From NCBI GenBank assembly GCA_000503835.1, contig CP006914.1, forward strand, positions 303,341 to 367,340: 64,000 bases of DNA, given 5' to 3'. A model generated the notes under the pieces. That model saw only the letters and a program-made list of their open reading frames with translations, was not told the origin of the DNA and did not search any database. Both the position numbers and the translations under genes were made by a program. The first letter of the stretch is position 1. Each line of letters opens with the position of its first letter. The stretch comes from a candidate division WWE3 bacterium RAAC2_WWE3_1 (GTDB taxonomy: Bacteria > Patescibacteriota > WWE3 > UBA101185 > UBA10185). This document shows positions 47,529 through 57,241 of this stretch, one piece after another.

Positions 47529-48344
47529 TTACACGGAGGTCAAAATCTGCTTTGTGAGTACGAATCCTCCGTAAACACCGGCGTCATCCAATGTTAACGA
47601 TCTCGCTATAGATACGGGAGCTTTAAGAAATTCGGAGAAAAGCTCGTATTCGAGCGCCATACTTCCTCCGATAATAAAAATGTCGCACTTCCATGTCATG
47701 TGTATTTTACTTAGTCCGAGGTTTATATATTCGGCATATTTTGACCATACGGTTTTATCTGAGCAGTTCTGGGGTTTTATGTTGAATAGAGCCTCGAAGG
47801 AATGACCTGACGTATATGCTTCGAAACAACCGGCATGTTTGCACCCCGGCGATACGCGTCCCCCTTCTACTATTATTGTGTGCCCCGGCTCATCGCTTAT
47901 ATATTGGAACGATCCCGAACCGTTTTTTATTACCAAGGCGCCGCCTGTACCGGTACCGAACGTCAGATATCCTACACGCTGAAAACCCTTACCTGCGCCC
48001 AAAACAGCTTCCCCGATAGCACCCAAAGTAGCATCATTCTCAACAAAAGAGTTAGTTAAGAACCTCTCATCCAGCAGAACGGAGAATGGTTTTCCATTCG
48101 CATCCTTGTAGTTGGGGAGAGTAACAAAACTTCCCGTCTGCCTGTCAACGATACCGGGAACGCCAAAACAAACGAAAGCCGGTTCCTTTTCCGCTGTAAG
48201 CTCTTTAATTCCGGAGGATATTATTTGCTTTTGAGTAACAGGGTTTTTGTTGGTGTAAAACCTTTTTACTTTCAAAAGGGTACTCAGATCTTCGGAAGAG
48301 GCTATTCGGGTTTTTGTGCCACCCATGTCTACAGATATATACAT
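47529..48344 (-). CDS. ROK-family glucokinase
   Basis: ISVDMGGTKTRIA, GAIGEAVLGAGKG, zinc motif GCKHAGCFE. Confidence 0.85.
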   Translation of the reverse strand: MYISVDMGGTKTRIASSEDLSTLLKVKRFYTNKNPVTQKQIISSGIKELTAEKEPAFVCFGVPGIVDRQTGSFVTLPNYKDANGKPFSVLLDERFLTNSFVENDATLGAIGEAVLGAGKGFQRVGYLTFGTGTGGALVIKNGSGSFQYISDEPGHTIIVEGGRVSPGCKHAGCFEAYTSGHSFEALFNIKPQNCSDKTVWSKYAEYINLGLSKIHMTWKCDIFIIGGSMALEYELFSEFLKAPVSIARSLTLDDAGVYGGFVLTKQILTSV

Positions 48345-48869
48345 TTACTTATACCAGTCTTGAGGGTCTACGTTAGCCGTGACCTCACCCTGCCTGACTG
48401 TGACCTTAACAGGCTCGTGATTGGAACACGAAACATCCATTCCGCACGTAACAAACTCAGAATAGTAAGCTTTGTAGATCTGACCGGTCGCATCGGGTTG
48501 ATTGGGCACGTAGGCGTAAACATAATACTCACCCGCAGGCAGAGTCAGTCTATAACCCACTCCGTATGTAAAAGCTTTATCTTTTAGATGGTTATTACTG
48601 CAGTGAGCTCCCTGTCCCTGAACCTCGACCGCGCATACTTCCATATTTTCAGGTATAAATTCGCTGGGGTAACCCAAAGAACCGGTTATTACACCGTCGC
48701 CCCTCTCTTTTTCTATCTCTGTTATTTCCAGGGAGGTTTGTTCCTGAGGTGCTTTTTTAAATTTCACATCTTTCAGCAAAAATATAATTGCGCTCAGAAA
48801 TACCGCTATAACAACAAATACTACGAATATGCCGGTTAAAGGAAGTTTTTTTGCAGGCATATTTTCCAT
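48345..48869 (-). CDS. Membrane-anchored secreted hypothetical protein (174 aa)
   Basis: N-terminal TM. No motif recognised. Confidence 0.4.
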   Translation of the reverse strand: MENMPAKKLPLTGIFVVFVVIAVFLSAIIFLLKDVKFKKAPQEQTSLEITEIEKERGDGVITGSLGYPSEFIPENMEVCAVEVQGQGAHCSNNHLKDKAFTYGVGYRLTLPAGEYYVYAYVPNQPDATGQIYKAYYSEFVTCGMDVSCSNHEPVKVTVRQGEVTANVDPQDWYK

Positions 48870-48876
48870 GATTTTA

Positions 48877-50217
48877 TTATACTAGCAAAGATACCCTAGA
48901 CCAAAAAAGGGCGACTCCGTCGGATCTTGTTTCGGAATCCCGGTTGGCAGCTTTTTTAGAATAATTACGAATGATGCTTTCAAACACCCTGTTGTTCATA
49001 CACCACCATATAAAATTAGCCGCGCGTTGGGAGCCGAACGGAAGCTGAACACATCTTATAGGCCTATCCCCCGGAATTAACCTGTCTTTCAGAGCCCCGC
49101 TCAAAGTTTTCCCTGCATCCGCATAGTCCCAAAGCTGTTGTGTAATTTTTTGATTGAATATCAAACCGTGTCTCTGTAAAAAATCCAAATTGTCCCTTTC
49201 CTGTCTGCCCACCGGATTAGAAAACAAAAGAAGTGAGCCTCCGGTCATGTCGAAATCGTATAGTGCCTTAAATGATTGTTCACTCGGTTTTGTGACTTCA
49301 AATGAAATAACATTTTCTTCATAAATCTTTTCATACACGTCCACTATTTCCCGGTCGTGTTTCGAGGTGTGCAGTTCCACGTTGGGGAAAGACCTTACAT
49401 TCTGCGAAAATTGACGGGTGAACGGCGCCTCTTTACAAATAACGTGGAACCGAAAGTTAGAATATTTTGACTGAAGCTGGGGGATTAGATGGTGCAGAAA
49501 ATCCATTCCTACTGCGGCTCCCGGAACGGGCAGGCAAAAATCAATAACTTCGCGCGCATCAGCCGACATCTGCGTTTCCCGCCTCTCAAAGTCTTTACTA
49601 TTTAGTTTTTTACTTAGAGACGGGTTTATCGGATAGGGTAGCACTTCTATTTTCACTTTTTCTAAATTACTTTTTAATGCATACTCCTTTAACTCGAGCA
49701 TTGTTTTTCTGCTGGGCACAAATATCGTGTCGGCCCCGGGTACGTACCAAATATATTGGGGCGTGTCATCGGTAACCTGAACTACCAGTATTATTTTCGC
49801 GCCGGTCTTTTCTTCAATTTCTCTTTTTACTGCAGCTATCTTATGAGCTAATCCAAAATGTGTAGCGACAATTACCAGTGTTTTCGGAACATCTATCTGC
49901 TGCTCAAATATTTCTTCTATCTTCCTTCTCATTTCGTCGGAACCGGATCTTAAATACTTCCTGTAGAAAAAGGTGAATATTTTTTGAGGTCGTCCGCGTT
50001 GAAACCACTCCATCAGCCAACGTGTGACAACGTGAATACTTATAAATTTATGGATTGCTTCTATTCCTTTATCCGAAGAGCCTAAAAGTACCGTCTTTAC
50101 ACCTTTGGGGAGTCCTGCGGACAGTGAGTTGGTAACACGCAGGTGTCCCAATCCTGCAGGCGCGTACGTAAAAACCACTAAAGTTCCGGGATCGGTTAAA
50201 AAGTGTCTTGGGCTCAC
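48877..50217 (-). CDS. Putative glycosyltransferase (MGDG-synthase/UgtP-like N-terminal region)
   Basis: The N-terminal FTYAPAGLGHLRV resembles the GxGH motif of MGDG synthase/UgtP. Weak, by-eye call. Confidence 0.3.
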   Translation of the reverse strand: MSPRHFLTDPGTLVVFTYAPAGLGHLRVTNSLSAGLPKGVKTVLLGSSDKGIEAIHKFISIHVVTRWLMEWFQRGRPQKIFTFFYRKYLRSGSDEMRRKIEEIFEQQIDVPKTLVIVATHFGLAHKIAAVKREIEEKTGAKIILVVQVTDDTPQYIWYVPGADTIFVPSRKTMLELKEYALKSNLEKVKIEVLPYPINPSLSKKLNSKDFERRETQMSADAREVIDFCLPVPGAAVGMDFLHHLIPQLQSKYSNFRFHVICKEAPFTRQFSQNVRSFPNVELHTSKHDREIVDVYEKIYEENVISFEVTKPSEQSFKALYDFDMTGGSLLLFSNPVGRQERDNLDFLQRHGLIFNQKITQQLWDYADAGKTLSGALKDRLIPGDRPIRCVQLPFGSQRAANFIWWCMNNRVFESIIRNYSKKAANRDSETRSDGVALFWSRVSLLV

Positions 50218-50262
50218 ACTTAAAGTTTATTCGATTTTTAATATATTTTGTATACTTAGTTT

Positions 50263-50517
50263 ATGAAAAAGTATTGGTTCCGACCCAGAAGGCTCGGTTA
50301 CGGTTTTGCACCTATTTCGTGGGAAGGGTGGCTGGCTACCCTTGTTTTAATTATTTTGTTATTATTGTCGGCATATACAAACGGTATATGGGAAGAAGGT
50401 GTCTCATCGAAAGGCGGGATTAGATTTCTTCTGGACGTAGTAATTTTTACTTGTCTTTTTACTGCTCTGTATAAAGATAAGGTTGACGGCAGTTTGAGGT
50501 GGAGATTCTGGAAGTAA
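50263..50517 (+). CDS. Small membrane protein (84 aa)
   Basis: 2 TM helices. Confidence 0.35.
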   Translation: MKKYWFRPRRLGYGFAPISWEGWLATLVLIILLLLSAYTNGIWEEGVSSKGGIRFLLDVVIFTCLFTALYKDKVDGSLRWRFWK

Positions 50518-50547
50518 TCATCCGAACATCTCCCGAACTTTTAGGGT

Positions 50548-51258
50548 ATGAACAATAAAGCAGTATATATAGCATTACTTGTGCCTATTCTTCTTTTAGT
50601 GGGACTGGCGGTTTTCGGTTCCAAAATTCCCGAAGGACAGGTAAAAGAAGAGAAAAAGACAGAGAATGTTTTACAAAAGTTGGACACGGCGGAATCAAGC
50701 CCGTCGGGAAAAGAAAATTATCAAATTAATCCTACGGGAAACATTCAGAAGGAGCCGCCGAAAATGATTATAGATTCAACCAAAAAATATTCCGCAGTAA
50801 TGGCAACTACGGAGGGTGTTATTAAAATTGATCTTTACGCAGATAAGACCCCGATAACTGTAAATAATTTCGTCAGTCTTTCAAAAGACAGCTTCTATAA
50901 CAATGTGATATTTCACAGGGTTTTGAAAGGATTTATGATTCAGGGAGGAGACCCTGAAGGTACGGGATCGGGCGGCCCCGGCTATAGTTTCGCTGACGAA
51001 CCATTTGATGGAGAGTACACAAGAGGCACAATTGCGATGGCCAACGCCGGACCCAATACTAACGGAAGCCAGTTCTTCATAATGCATAAAGATTACCCGT
51101 TGCAAAAAAATTACGTTATTTTCGGTAAAGTAAGCGAAGGTCTGGAGGTGGTCGATAAAATAGCCGAAGCCGACGTTACGGTAAGTTCAAGCGGAGAGGC
51201 TTCAAAACCCGTGAAACCTGTTAAGATATTAAGTATAGAGATAATTGAATCGAACTAG
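50548..51258 (+). CDS. Cyclophilin-type peptidyl-prolyl cis-trans isomerase, membrane-anchored/secreted
   Basis: FHRVLKGFMIQGGDP, ANAGPNTNGSQFFI. Confidence 0.9.
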   Translation: MNNKAVYIALLVPILLLVGLAVFGSKIPEGQVKEEKKTENVLQKLDTAESSPSGKENYQINPTGNIQKEPPKMIIDSTKKYSAVMATTEGVIKIDLYADKTPITVNNFVSLSKDSFYNNVIFHRVLKGFMIQGGDPEGTGSGGPGYSFADEPFDGEYTRGTIAMANAGPNTNGSQFFIMHKDYPLQKNYVIFGKVSEGLEVVDKIAEADVTVSSSGEASKPVKPVKILSIEIIESN

Positions 51259-51270
51259 GGAGGTGATATT

Positions 51271-51648
51271 GTGGACGAAAATCAAGTCATAGAACCGACA
51301 AATAACGGTGCTCAGCCGGAAAATACAACTGCGCCGGAAGGTACGCCGGCCGATAACTCAAAAATAATGGCTATAGTGGCCTATTTTATATTTTTCCTTC
51401 CTCTCCTTACCGAATATAAAGACAACGACTTTGTTAAATATCATGTTAAGCAATCGATTATGATCCTGTTAGTGGGAGTAGGAATAGGAGTGATATCATC
51501 TATACCCTTCATAGGGTGGATAGTAGGAATGCTGGCATGGATGGCTCTCGTGGTCCTGTGGGTCATGGGAATACTTAACGCTGCTTCCGAAAAGAAACAA
51601 CCCCTGCCTTTAATAGGCAAGTATGCGGAAGAGCTTCTAAAGTTTTAA
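51271..51648 (+). CDS. DUF4870-family membrane protein
   Basis: GTG start after GGGAGGTGA. IVAYFIFFLPLL...KYHVKQSI pattern typical of DUF4870. Confidence 0.45.
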   Translation: MDENQVIEPTNNGAQPENTTAPEGTPADNSKIMAIVAYFIFFLPLLTEYKDNDFVKYHVKQSIMILLVGVGIGVISSIPFIGWIVGMLAWMALVVLWVMGILNAASEKKQPLPLIGKYAEELLKF

Positions 51649-53376
51649 ATGCTGGTATAAGGCTCCCTGTGTGAAGCCGATAGCCTCGTAGTATCCGCGC
51701 GTTCCTATTGAGGAAATTACTGAAAGCCTCTTAAAACCTGCCCCGCGGGATATATCTGAGGCTTTCTTTATTAATTCTTTTCCCAAACCTACGTGCTGGG
51801 CCCTGCCTTCTTCTCCCGTGCCTACCACAACACTCCCTCCGTAAACATGTATTTCCCTTATCACTGCAGAACCCGATATCTCCTCTACCTTCGTAGGTCT
51901 TTCGGGCAAAGAAAGTCTGAGAAAAGCGGCAAGCTCATCATCCTTCGTCACGAATTCCAGGAAATATTCCTTAGTACCGGCAGTCAGATAAGTCGTTTCT
52001 TTATAAATCAGATCTTCCCTGTCGATCTTTTTGTCTCTAATCTCCCTGGAACGTATCTCCTTTAATTTTGTCCTGTTCTTCTCGAGTTCGGCCTCAGCTA
52101 TTTGCCTGAAATTGGTTTTTTTGTTTCCGGCTACAATGTCCAACCCCGAAATATCGCGCACAACACGGGTAACGCGGCAATATCGGGGAACCGTCGGAAG
52201 AATGGTCTTAAAAATGTGCAAAAGTTCGTTCTCCGTGTAAGGTTTCCAACTGCCTGTTCCGTAGTGCTCCATAAGTTCAGTGCCCTCTACCAAAGAGCAA
52301 GGGTAGATCTTCAGCTCGTCAGGTCTGAATTTTCTATCACCGAATAATTTTGTGAAATCCCTTATGTCAGACGCCGGATCGGAACCGTACAAGTTAGGCA
52401 TCCAATGCGCGTGTATCTTGAAACCGGCTTCTCTTAATAACGAAAAGGCTTCTGCGGTTCTTGCCGCGGTATGTCCTCTCTTGTTTAGCTTCAGCACCCT
52501 GTCGTTCAGACTCTGAACACCTATCTGTACTTTTGTGGCACCCAGACGCCTCATTCTCACTATCTCGTCTTTTGTTATCTCGTCGGGCCGTGTCTCGATC
52601 ACTAATCCAGTACATTTACATAAGGCGGCAACGTTCTTTGCGTGGGAGGCGAACAGTTCTTCCCACGTGGAATCTTCACCGGCCAATTTTTTGTCATTCC
52701 TGGCCAGACCTACAACAGCATTGTACGTCCCGGTTAGGTTCACAAGCTTCTTCTCGTCATACGGAAGCTCGGTCTTAACAGTTAAGTAGGAAGAACCGGT
52801 TCCGGGCTTGAAGTTGTTCAACGCGTCAAAACATCTTTTGATAAACCACAGCTGATAAGCCTCGGGGTAAGAGGTCCATGTCCCTCCCAAAACAATTAGC
52901 TCTATTTTGCTGACCGGATGCCCTGTTTTTTCGTACGCAACAAGTCTGTTATACGTTTGGTAATACGGGTCAAATTTATTATCGTGTGCCCTCTGCGCTC
53001 CCGGCTCACTCGATAAATAACTTTTCGGCATACGTACATCACTCGGGCAAAAAATACATTTGCCGGGACACGGATACGGCTTAGTAAGAACAGTTATGGG
53101 TGTTACCCCGGACATTGTTCTTATCTTTTTCGTTTTTATATTGTCCAGGAACCGGTCCTCTTCTTTACCCGTCAGAACAAGCTTCCCGCTTCCTTTCAAT
53201 CTCTTATATTCTTCCAAAAGGGTCGTTTTAGAGTATGTATCGTCCAGACCGCGTGAATTACTAAACAGGACCTTTAGCACTTCCTTTTCATCAGCGGCTT
53301 TGGAAATATCCCTTATCATTGGTATCATCTTAGAGCTGTCGGTTTTATTTATTTGCATATTATGAATCAGGCTCAA
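51637..53376 (-). CDS. elp3: Elp3-family radical-SAM / GNAT tRNA uridine(34) modification enzyme
   Basis: Radical-SAM CPGKCIFCPSD (Cx3Cx2C), Elp3 core and C-terminal GNAT (QHVGLGKELIKKA). 579 aa. The true start may be the internal Met at 53328. Confidence 0.8.
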   Translation of the reverse strand: MSLIHNMQINKTDSSKMIPMIRDISKAADEKEVLKVLFSNSRGLDDTYSKTTLLEEYKRLKGSGKLVLTGKEEDRFLDNIKTKKIRTMSGVTPITVLTKPYPCPGKCIFCPSDVRMPKSYLSSEPGAQRAHDNKFDPYYQTYNRLVAYEKTGHPVSKIELIVLGGTWTSYPEAYQLWFIKRCFDALNNFKPGTGSSYLTVKTELPYDEKKLVNLTGTYNAVVGLARNDKKLAGEDSTWEELFASHAKNVAALCKCTGLVIETRPDEITKDEIVRMRRLGATKVQIGVQSLNDRVLKLNKRGHTAARTAEAFSLLREAGFKIHAHWMPNLYGSDPASDIRDFTKLFGDRKFRPDELKIYPCSLVEGTELMEHYGTGSWKPYTENELLHIFKTILPTVPRYCRVTRVVRDISGLDIVAGNKKTNFRQIAEAELEKNRTKLKEIRSREIRDKKIDREDLIYKETTYLTAGTKEYFLEFVTKDDELAAFLRLSLPERPTKVEEISGSAVIREIHVYGGSVVVGTGEEGRAQHVGLGKELIKKASDISRGAGFKRLSVISSIGTRGYYEAIGFTQGALYQHLKL

Positions 53377-54045
53377 ATTAATGAGATTTTAAAACTCAAC
53401 GAAGCTTTCTACGAAAAAGCCCCGTTTTCGAATACCCGCCGAAGTTACTGGAAAGGATGGGGTAGGGCGGTTGAAGTTATATCCTTCAACGATCATTCTA
53501 CCATTAACGTGCTAGATGTAGGCTGCGGTAACGGCAGGTTTCTCAGATTTCTGAAAGAACGTCTGCCCGCGTCGGGTATAAAGTATACCGGGCTTGATAA
53601 TAACGGGGGGATGCTGAAGGAAGCGCGGAGTAATTACCCCGACGGAGACTTCTTAACTGCCGACATTCTTGAAAAAATTCCGGAGGGGAAGTTCGACCTG
53701 TCCGTGTGTTTTGGCGTTACTCATCATATACCCGGGAGAGAACTCAGAGATAGGTTTTTCCACAACATTGCCGAAACGGTTAAACCCGAAGGATATCTTA
53801 TAATAACCTTCTGGAATTTCGATACAAAAAAAGCTGTGGAAAAACTGGACGGCGCTAACGATTTTCTGCTGGGCTGGGACAATACGCCGGACCTCAAAAG
53901 ATACTGCCACCTATACAGCGACGAAGAAATGACCGATATAAAAAAGGGGTTGGCGGGAAAGGGATTTAGTTTGATATCTTCGTTTACGGAAGATGCTTCC
54001 AACATTTACTTTGTTTTTCGAAAAGTTGATACAATAAGGTCATGA
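53353..54045 (+). CDS. Trm9/ALKBH8-like class I SAM methyltransferase (candidate tRNA mcm5U methyltransferase)
   Basis: YEKAPFSNTRRSYWKGW resembles the Trm9 HFSxTRxKPWP block. Motif I VLDVGCGNGRFL. Divergent from elp3. Confidence 0.5.
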   Translation: MHIMNQAQINEILKLNEAFYEKAPFSNTRRSYWKGWGRAVEVISFNDHSTINVLDVGCGNGRFLRFLKERLPASGIKYTGLDNNGGMLKEARSNYPDGDFLTADILEKIPEGKFDLSVCFGVTHHIPGRELRDRFFHNIAETVKPEGYLIITFWNFDTKKAVEKLDGANDFLLGWDNTPDLKRYCHLYSDEEMTDIKKGLAGKGFSLISSFTEDASNIYFVFRKVDTIRS

Positions 54046-54452
54046 AAGATTGCATATTTTGCAAGATTGCAAAACGTGAGATTCCTTCCGGGATAATCTA
54101 CGAAGACGAAACTCATATTTCATTTTTAGATATAAACCCCACGACCGAGGGAATGACGGTCGTCATAACAAAAAAACATCATGACAGCGATCTTTATTCC
54201 AACGACACTGCGGTTATTTGCGCGATAATGAGTGCGGCCAAAAATACCGCCGGACTTTTAAAGGAAAGGCTCGGGTGTGAAAGAGTTTTGACCGCGGTAG
54301 AAGGACTGGAAATAGACCACCTTCACGTGAAACTTTATCCCTACTACGGGAATAGGTCGGCCGCAGACACTCTTACAGAACATATAGGTCAAAAGCCCAC
54401 AAAAGAATATTTGAAAAACTTAGCAGATAGGATAGGATTTTTGAAAATTTAA
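54042..54452 (+). CDS. HIT-family hydrolase
   Basis: N-terminal CIFCKI and DHLHVKL histidine-triad-like region. Confidence 0.5.
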   Translation: MKDCIFCKIAKREIPSGIIYEDETHISFLDINPTTEGMTVVITKKHHDSDLYSNDTAVICAIMSAAKNTAGLLKERLGCERVLTAVEGLEIDHLHVKLYPYYGNRSAADTLTEHIGQKPTKEYLKNLADRIGFLKI

Positions 54453-54465
54453 CCGCCAAAATATC

Positions 54466-55098
54466 ATGACCAAACACGAACTTATAAATAAACTAAAATC
54501 CGCAGGAGTACTTAGATCTTTCACCATTGAGCAGGCCTTGTTGGAAATAGACAGATCGGACTTTGTTCTCCCCGAAGACCGCGGCGACCCCTACGCGGAC
54601 GCGGCATTATCAATAGGGTACGGTCAGACAATTTCACAGCCTTTCACCGTGGTATTCATGCTGGAACTGCTCGATGTTAATCAGGGACATAAAATTCTTG
54701 ATATCGGCACCGGCTCAGGATGGCAGGCTTCGCTCCTTGCCTTTATGTCCGGAGAAAACGGACACGTCTACACTGTAGAAATAATTCCCCGGCTAAGTGA
54801 TTATGCTAAAGAAAACGTGAGCAAGTATCCTTTGATAAGCGGCAATCTTTCTTTTTATCAGGGAAATGCCAGGGCAGGTCTTCCGGAGGTATCAAAAGAG
54901 ATAGGCGGGTTCGACAAGATAGTCGCAGCAGCCGAGGTCAGAGAGGTACCGGAAGCGTGGAAGGAACAACTAAAGATCGGGGGGATAATGGTTTTTCCTA
55001 AAGATAACGGATTATATAAAATGACCAGAAATTCAGAAACAGACTTCGACACATTATTCTTTCCGGGATTTGCGTTCGTGCCTTTCGTGGAAGATTAA
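54466..55098 (+). CDS. pcm: Protein-L-isoaspartate O-methyltransferase
   Basis: GYGQTISQP, ILDIGTGSGWQAS. Confidence 0.8.
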   Translation: MTKHELINKLKSAGVLRSFTIEQALLEIDRSDFVLPEDRGDPYADAALSIGYGQTISQPFTVVFMLELLDVNQGHKILDIGTGSGWQASLLAFMSGENGHVYTVEIIPRLSDYAKENVSKYPLISGNLSFYQGNARAGLPEVSKEIGGFDKIVAAAEVREVPEAWKEQLKIGGIMVFPKDNGLYKMTRNSETDFDTLFFPGFAFVPFVED

Positions 55099-55622
55099 TC
55101 TTCCCGTATCATTCTCGCTTCAAAAACAGTTTTCTTTTTCGAGTCACCCCAAAAGTAGAAGTATGACGCCAAAAGAACTATTCCCACACCGAGACTTATG
55201 GCAATGATTTGGTTATATCCGGTTTCAGGTACTCCTTCGGACTGAGGAGACGAGCCGGCAGTCACATTATTCGGAAGTGTCTGACCCAAATGCAAAACGA
55301 ATGAAATTTTTTCGCTACCCTGAGAAATTTCTATATTGTAATCTTTGTTTTCACCCGTAAAATCGTAAGACCATGCTCCGGATGTTACATTCACCGCGTT
55401 CGTAGTTTCTCCTACCTTTACCGAGACCTGTGAACCATCAGCTGCCGTACCCGATAATGTAGCATTAGTTGGTGTGTACCACCACTCAGAATAATTTTTA
55501 CCCGCCGTATCCAATGACCCTATTTTCGTTAAGGAAAGAGATGCTGAAAAAACGAACGTAGAAAAAGAAACGGATAAAATAGTGACGAGTAAAGTACCTT
55601 TTATTTTACCGAAGTTCCGCAT
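55095..55622 (-). CDS. Secreted protein with C-terminal TM anchor (175 aa)
   Basis: Signal peptide plus C-terminal hydrophobic helix. Confidence 0.4.
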   Translation of the reverse strand: MRNFGKIKGTLLVTILSVSFSTFVFSASLSLTKIGSLDTAGKNYSEWWYTPTNATLSGTAADGSQVSVKVGETTNAVNVTSGAWSYDFTGENKDYNIEISQGSEKISFVLHLGQTLPNNVTAGSSPQSEGVPETGYNQIIAISLGVGIVLLASYFYFWGDSKKKTVFEARMIRED

Positions 55623-55692
55623 GTCTGACCTAAAGACTAGTAGCTTTGTTTTGGAGTGTCAAGAGATTCACCGCATTAATAAACACTAGTTC

Positions 55693-57177
55693 TCAAATTC
55701 CGGCTCTCTTACACGCATATACTGCCATCGGTCTGTATAACCGGTTGCCGAAATAGTGTTCTATCTCACACCTGTCGATCTCCGGAAAAATTTTTCTGTC
55801 AAAGTCCAGGCCATAGACCACGTAATCGGCGTCTTCCACGTTCAGAGTTAATTTTCCTTTGTAATATGGTTTAAACGACTCGATATTGTTGGGTACATGT
55901 GTGGAAATGTTCCGGCCTTTTTCGTTCAGATACATCGCGGCGTTTGAGTAATATTCGCCGGAGTTCTCATAAAACCCGGCCTTCAGTACAAAAGCCTGCC
56001 CGAAAAGAGGGTTTAAGTACGCTGAGTAAACGGGGTAAAAAATTCCGGTTGCCCATATAAAAGTAACTGTTTGCAGTAACATCAATACACCTAGCCAAAC
56101 CCATCTTAATTTTGAAAAGGCGACCGACACCAAGAGTATCAGGGAAGGGAATAGGGCGACAGAATATCTATCTATCTTCTGGTCGGTCAACGTTAAAAAT
56201 AATATAAGAAATACAAAGTATATAGCTATGACTAACGTGTCCCTGTTTTTTTCTTTAAACGTTTTTAATAACGAGTAGATGCCGGCAAAAATCATAACCG
56301 GTGACAACTTAAACGCCAGTATAATAGGGTAATAAAATATTTTCTGGGGTAACGTAAATATTTCTCCTCTTATATCGGAAAATACCGCGTTAAAAATGGC
56401 GTTGTACATACTTGTAAAAACAGAAAGAGGGTCTACCCAAAGAGCAGGAAAGAACAAAAAAAATGTTACGGCAACAGATATTACATATACAAAAAAGGTT
56501 TTAAACCCACTTCTCTTTACATAAATATTGTAAATAATTAACAGAATAGAGAACGCAACACTTATAAAAACCGTCATTTTTGTTAGAAGACCCAGTCCGG
56601 CAAAAAATCCCGAAAGTAGAAGATAGTAAAGTTTCTTCTTCCTTAGAAAAAGCAGTAATAACAGTAGAGAAGTTATAGAGAAAAAGGCTTCCATAGATGA
56701 TAAGTGAAACCACCTATTTATTCCTATGAAATACGGTTCCAAAGATATTAAGAAACCAAAGGCCACAGCAGTTTTCCAACCGAAAAGCTCTCTGATAAGA
56801 TAAAGTTGCAGCACAAAGGTAAAGGCCAGGACAAGGACTAAAAACAGCTTCGACAGCCCGTGAAGACGGGGGAAGAAACCCGTGTTCTCAAGCGTCCCGA
56901 CTTCCTCTCCTTTTATTTGCTGATATTCAGACAATGCCAGTTCAGACGTTGCCCCGACCCACATTACCGTCACGCCGGGATGATATCTTTGGTAGGTCTG
57001 CTCAAAATTCTCTTCCTTTAACGCCGACAGAAAATTACCGGCTCTGCGATGCCATCTAAGCGCGTCCGAATTAGAAATGTCGTTACCCAAGCTAAAAACT
57101 CGCGGGAGCAAAAAAAGTAATAACAGGAACACCACAATAAATACAAACCTCGTCATTACCTTAGTTGACTTGTTCAA
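55693..57177 (-). CDS. GT-C-fold membrane glycosyltransferase (ArnT/PMT_2-like)
   Basis: ~12 TM helices, 494 aa. One of a paralogous array. Confidence 0.45.
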   Translation of the reverse strand: MNKSTKVMTRFVFIVVFLLLLFLLPRVFSLGNDISNSDALRWHRRAGNFLSALKEENFEQTYQRYHPGVTVMWVGATSELALSEYQQIKGEEVGTLENTGFFPRLHGLSKLFLVLVLAFTFVLQLYLIRELFGWKTAVAFGFLISLEPYFIGINRWFHLSSMEAFFSITSLLLLLLFLRKKKLYYLLLSGFFAGLGLLTKMTVFISVAFSILLIIYNIYVKRSGFKTFFVYVISVAVTFFLFFPALWVDPLSVFTSMYNAIFNAVFSDIRGEIFTLPQKIFYYPIILAFKLSPVMIFAGIYSLLKTFKEKNRDTLVIAIYFVFLILFLTLTDQKIDRYSVALFPSLILLVSVAFSKLRWVWLGVLMLLQTVTFIWATGIFYPVYSAYLNPLFGQAFVLKAGFYENSGEYYSNAAMYLNEKGRNISTHVPNNIESFKPYYKGKLTLNVEDADYVVYGLDFDRKIFPEIDRCEIEHYFGNRLYRPMAVYACKRAGI

Positions 57178-57241
57178 AAAAGTATTATCTATAGATAAAG
57201 GATATCAGACCGATTGTTAGTCCGGCAAACGGGATAAAAAA

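Noticed and set aside
51637-53376. Archaeal origin of the contig (Elp3, ADP-forming ACS, OFOR, group-3-like hydrogenase)
   Set aside because: Bacterial-type tRNA-Gln (U1:A72, encoded CCA), frequent strong SD sequences, and PGRP amidase, GlsB, SHOCT, patatin and Pcm genes argue for a (CPR-like) bacterium. These archaea-like genes are known to occur in such bacteria.
54042-54452. Canonical HxHxHxx histidine triad in the HIT-like protein
   Set aside because: Only HLHVKL (two His) is visible in the expected region. I call it HIT-family from the CIFCKI N-terminus with reduced confidence rather than as a verified active enzyme.
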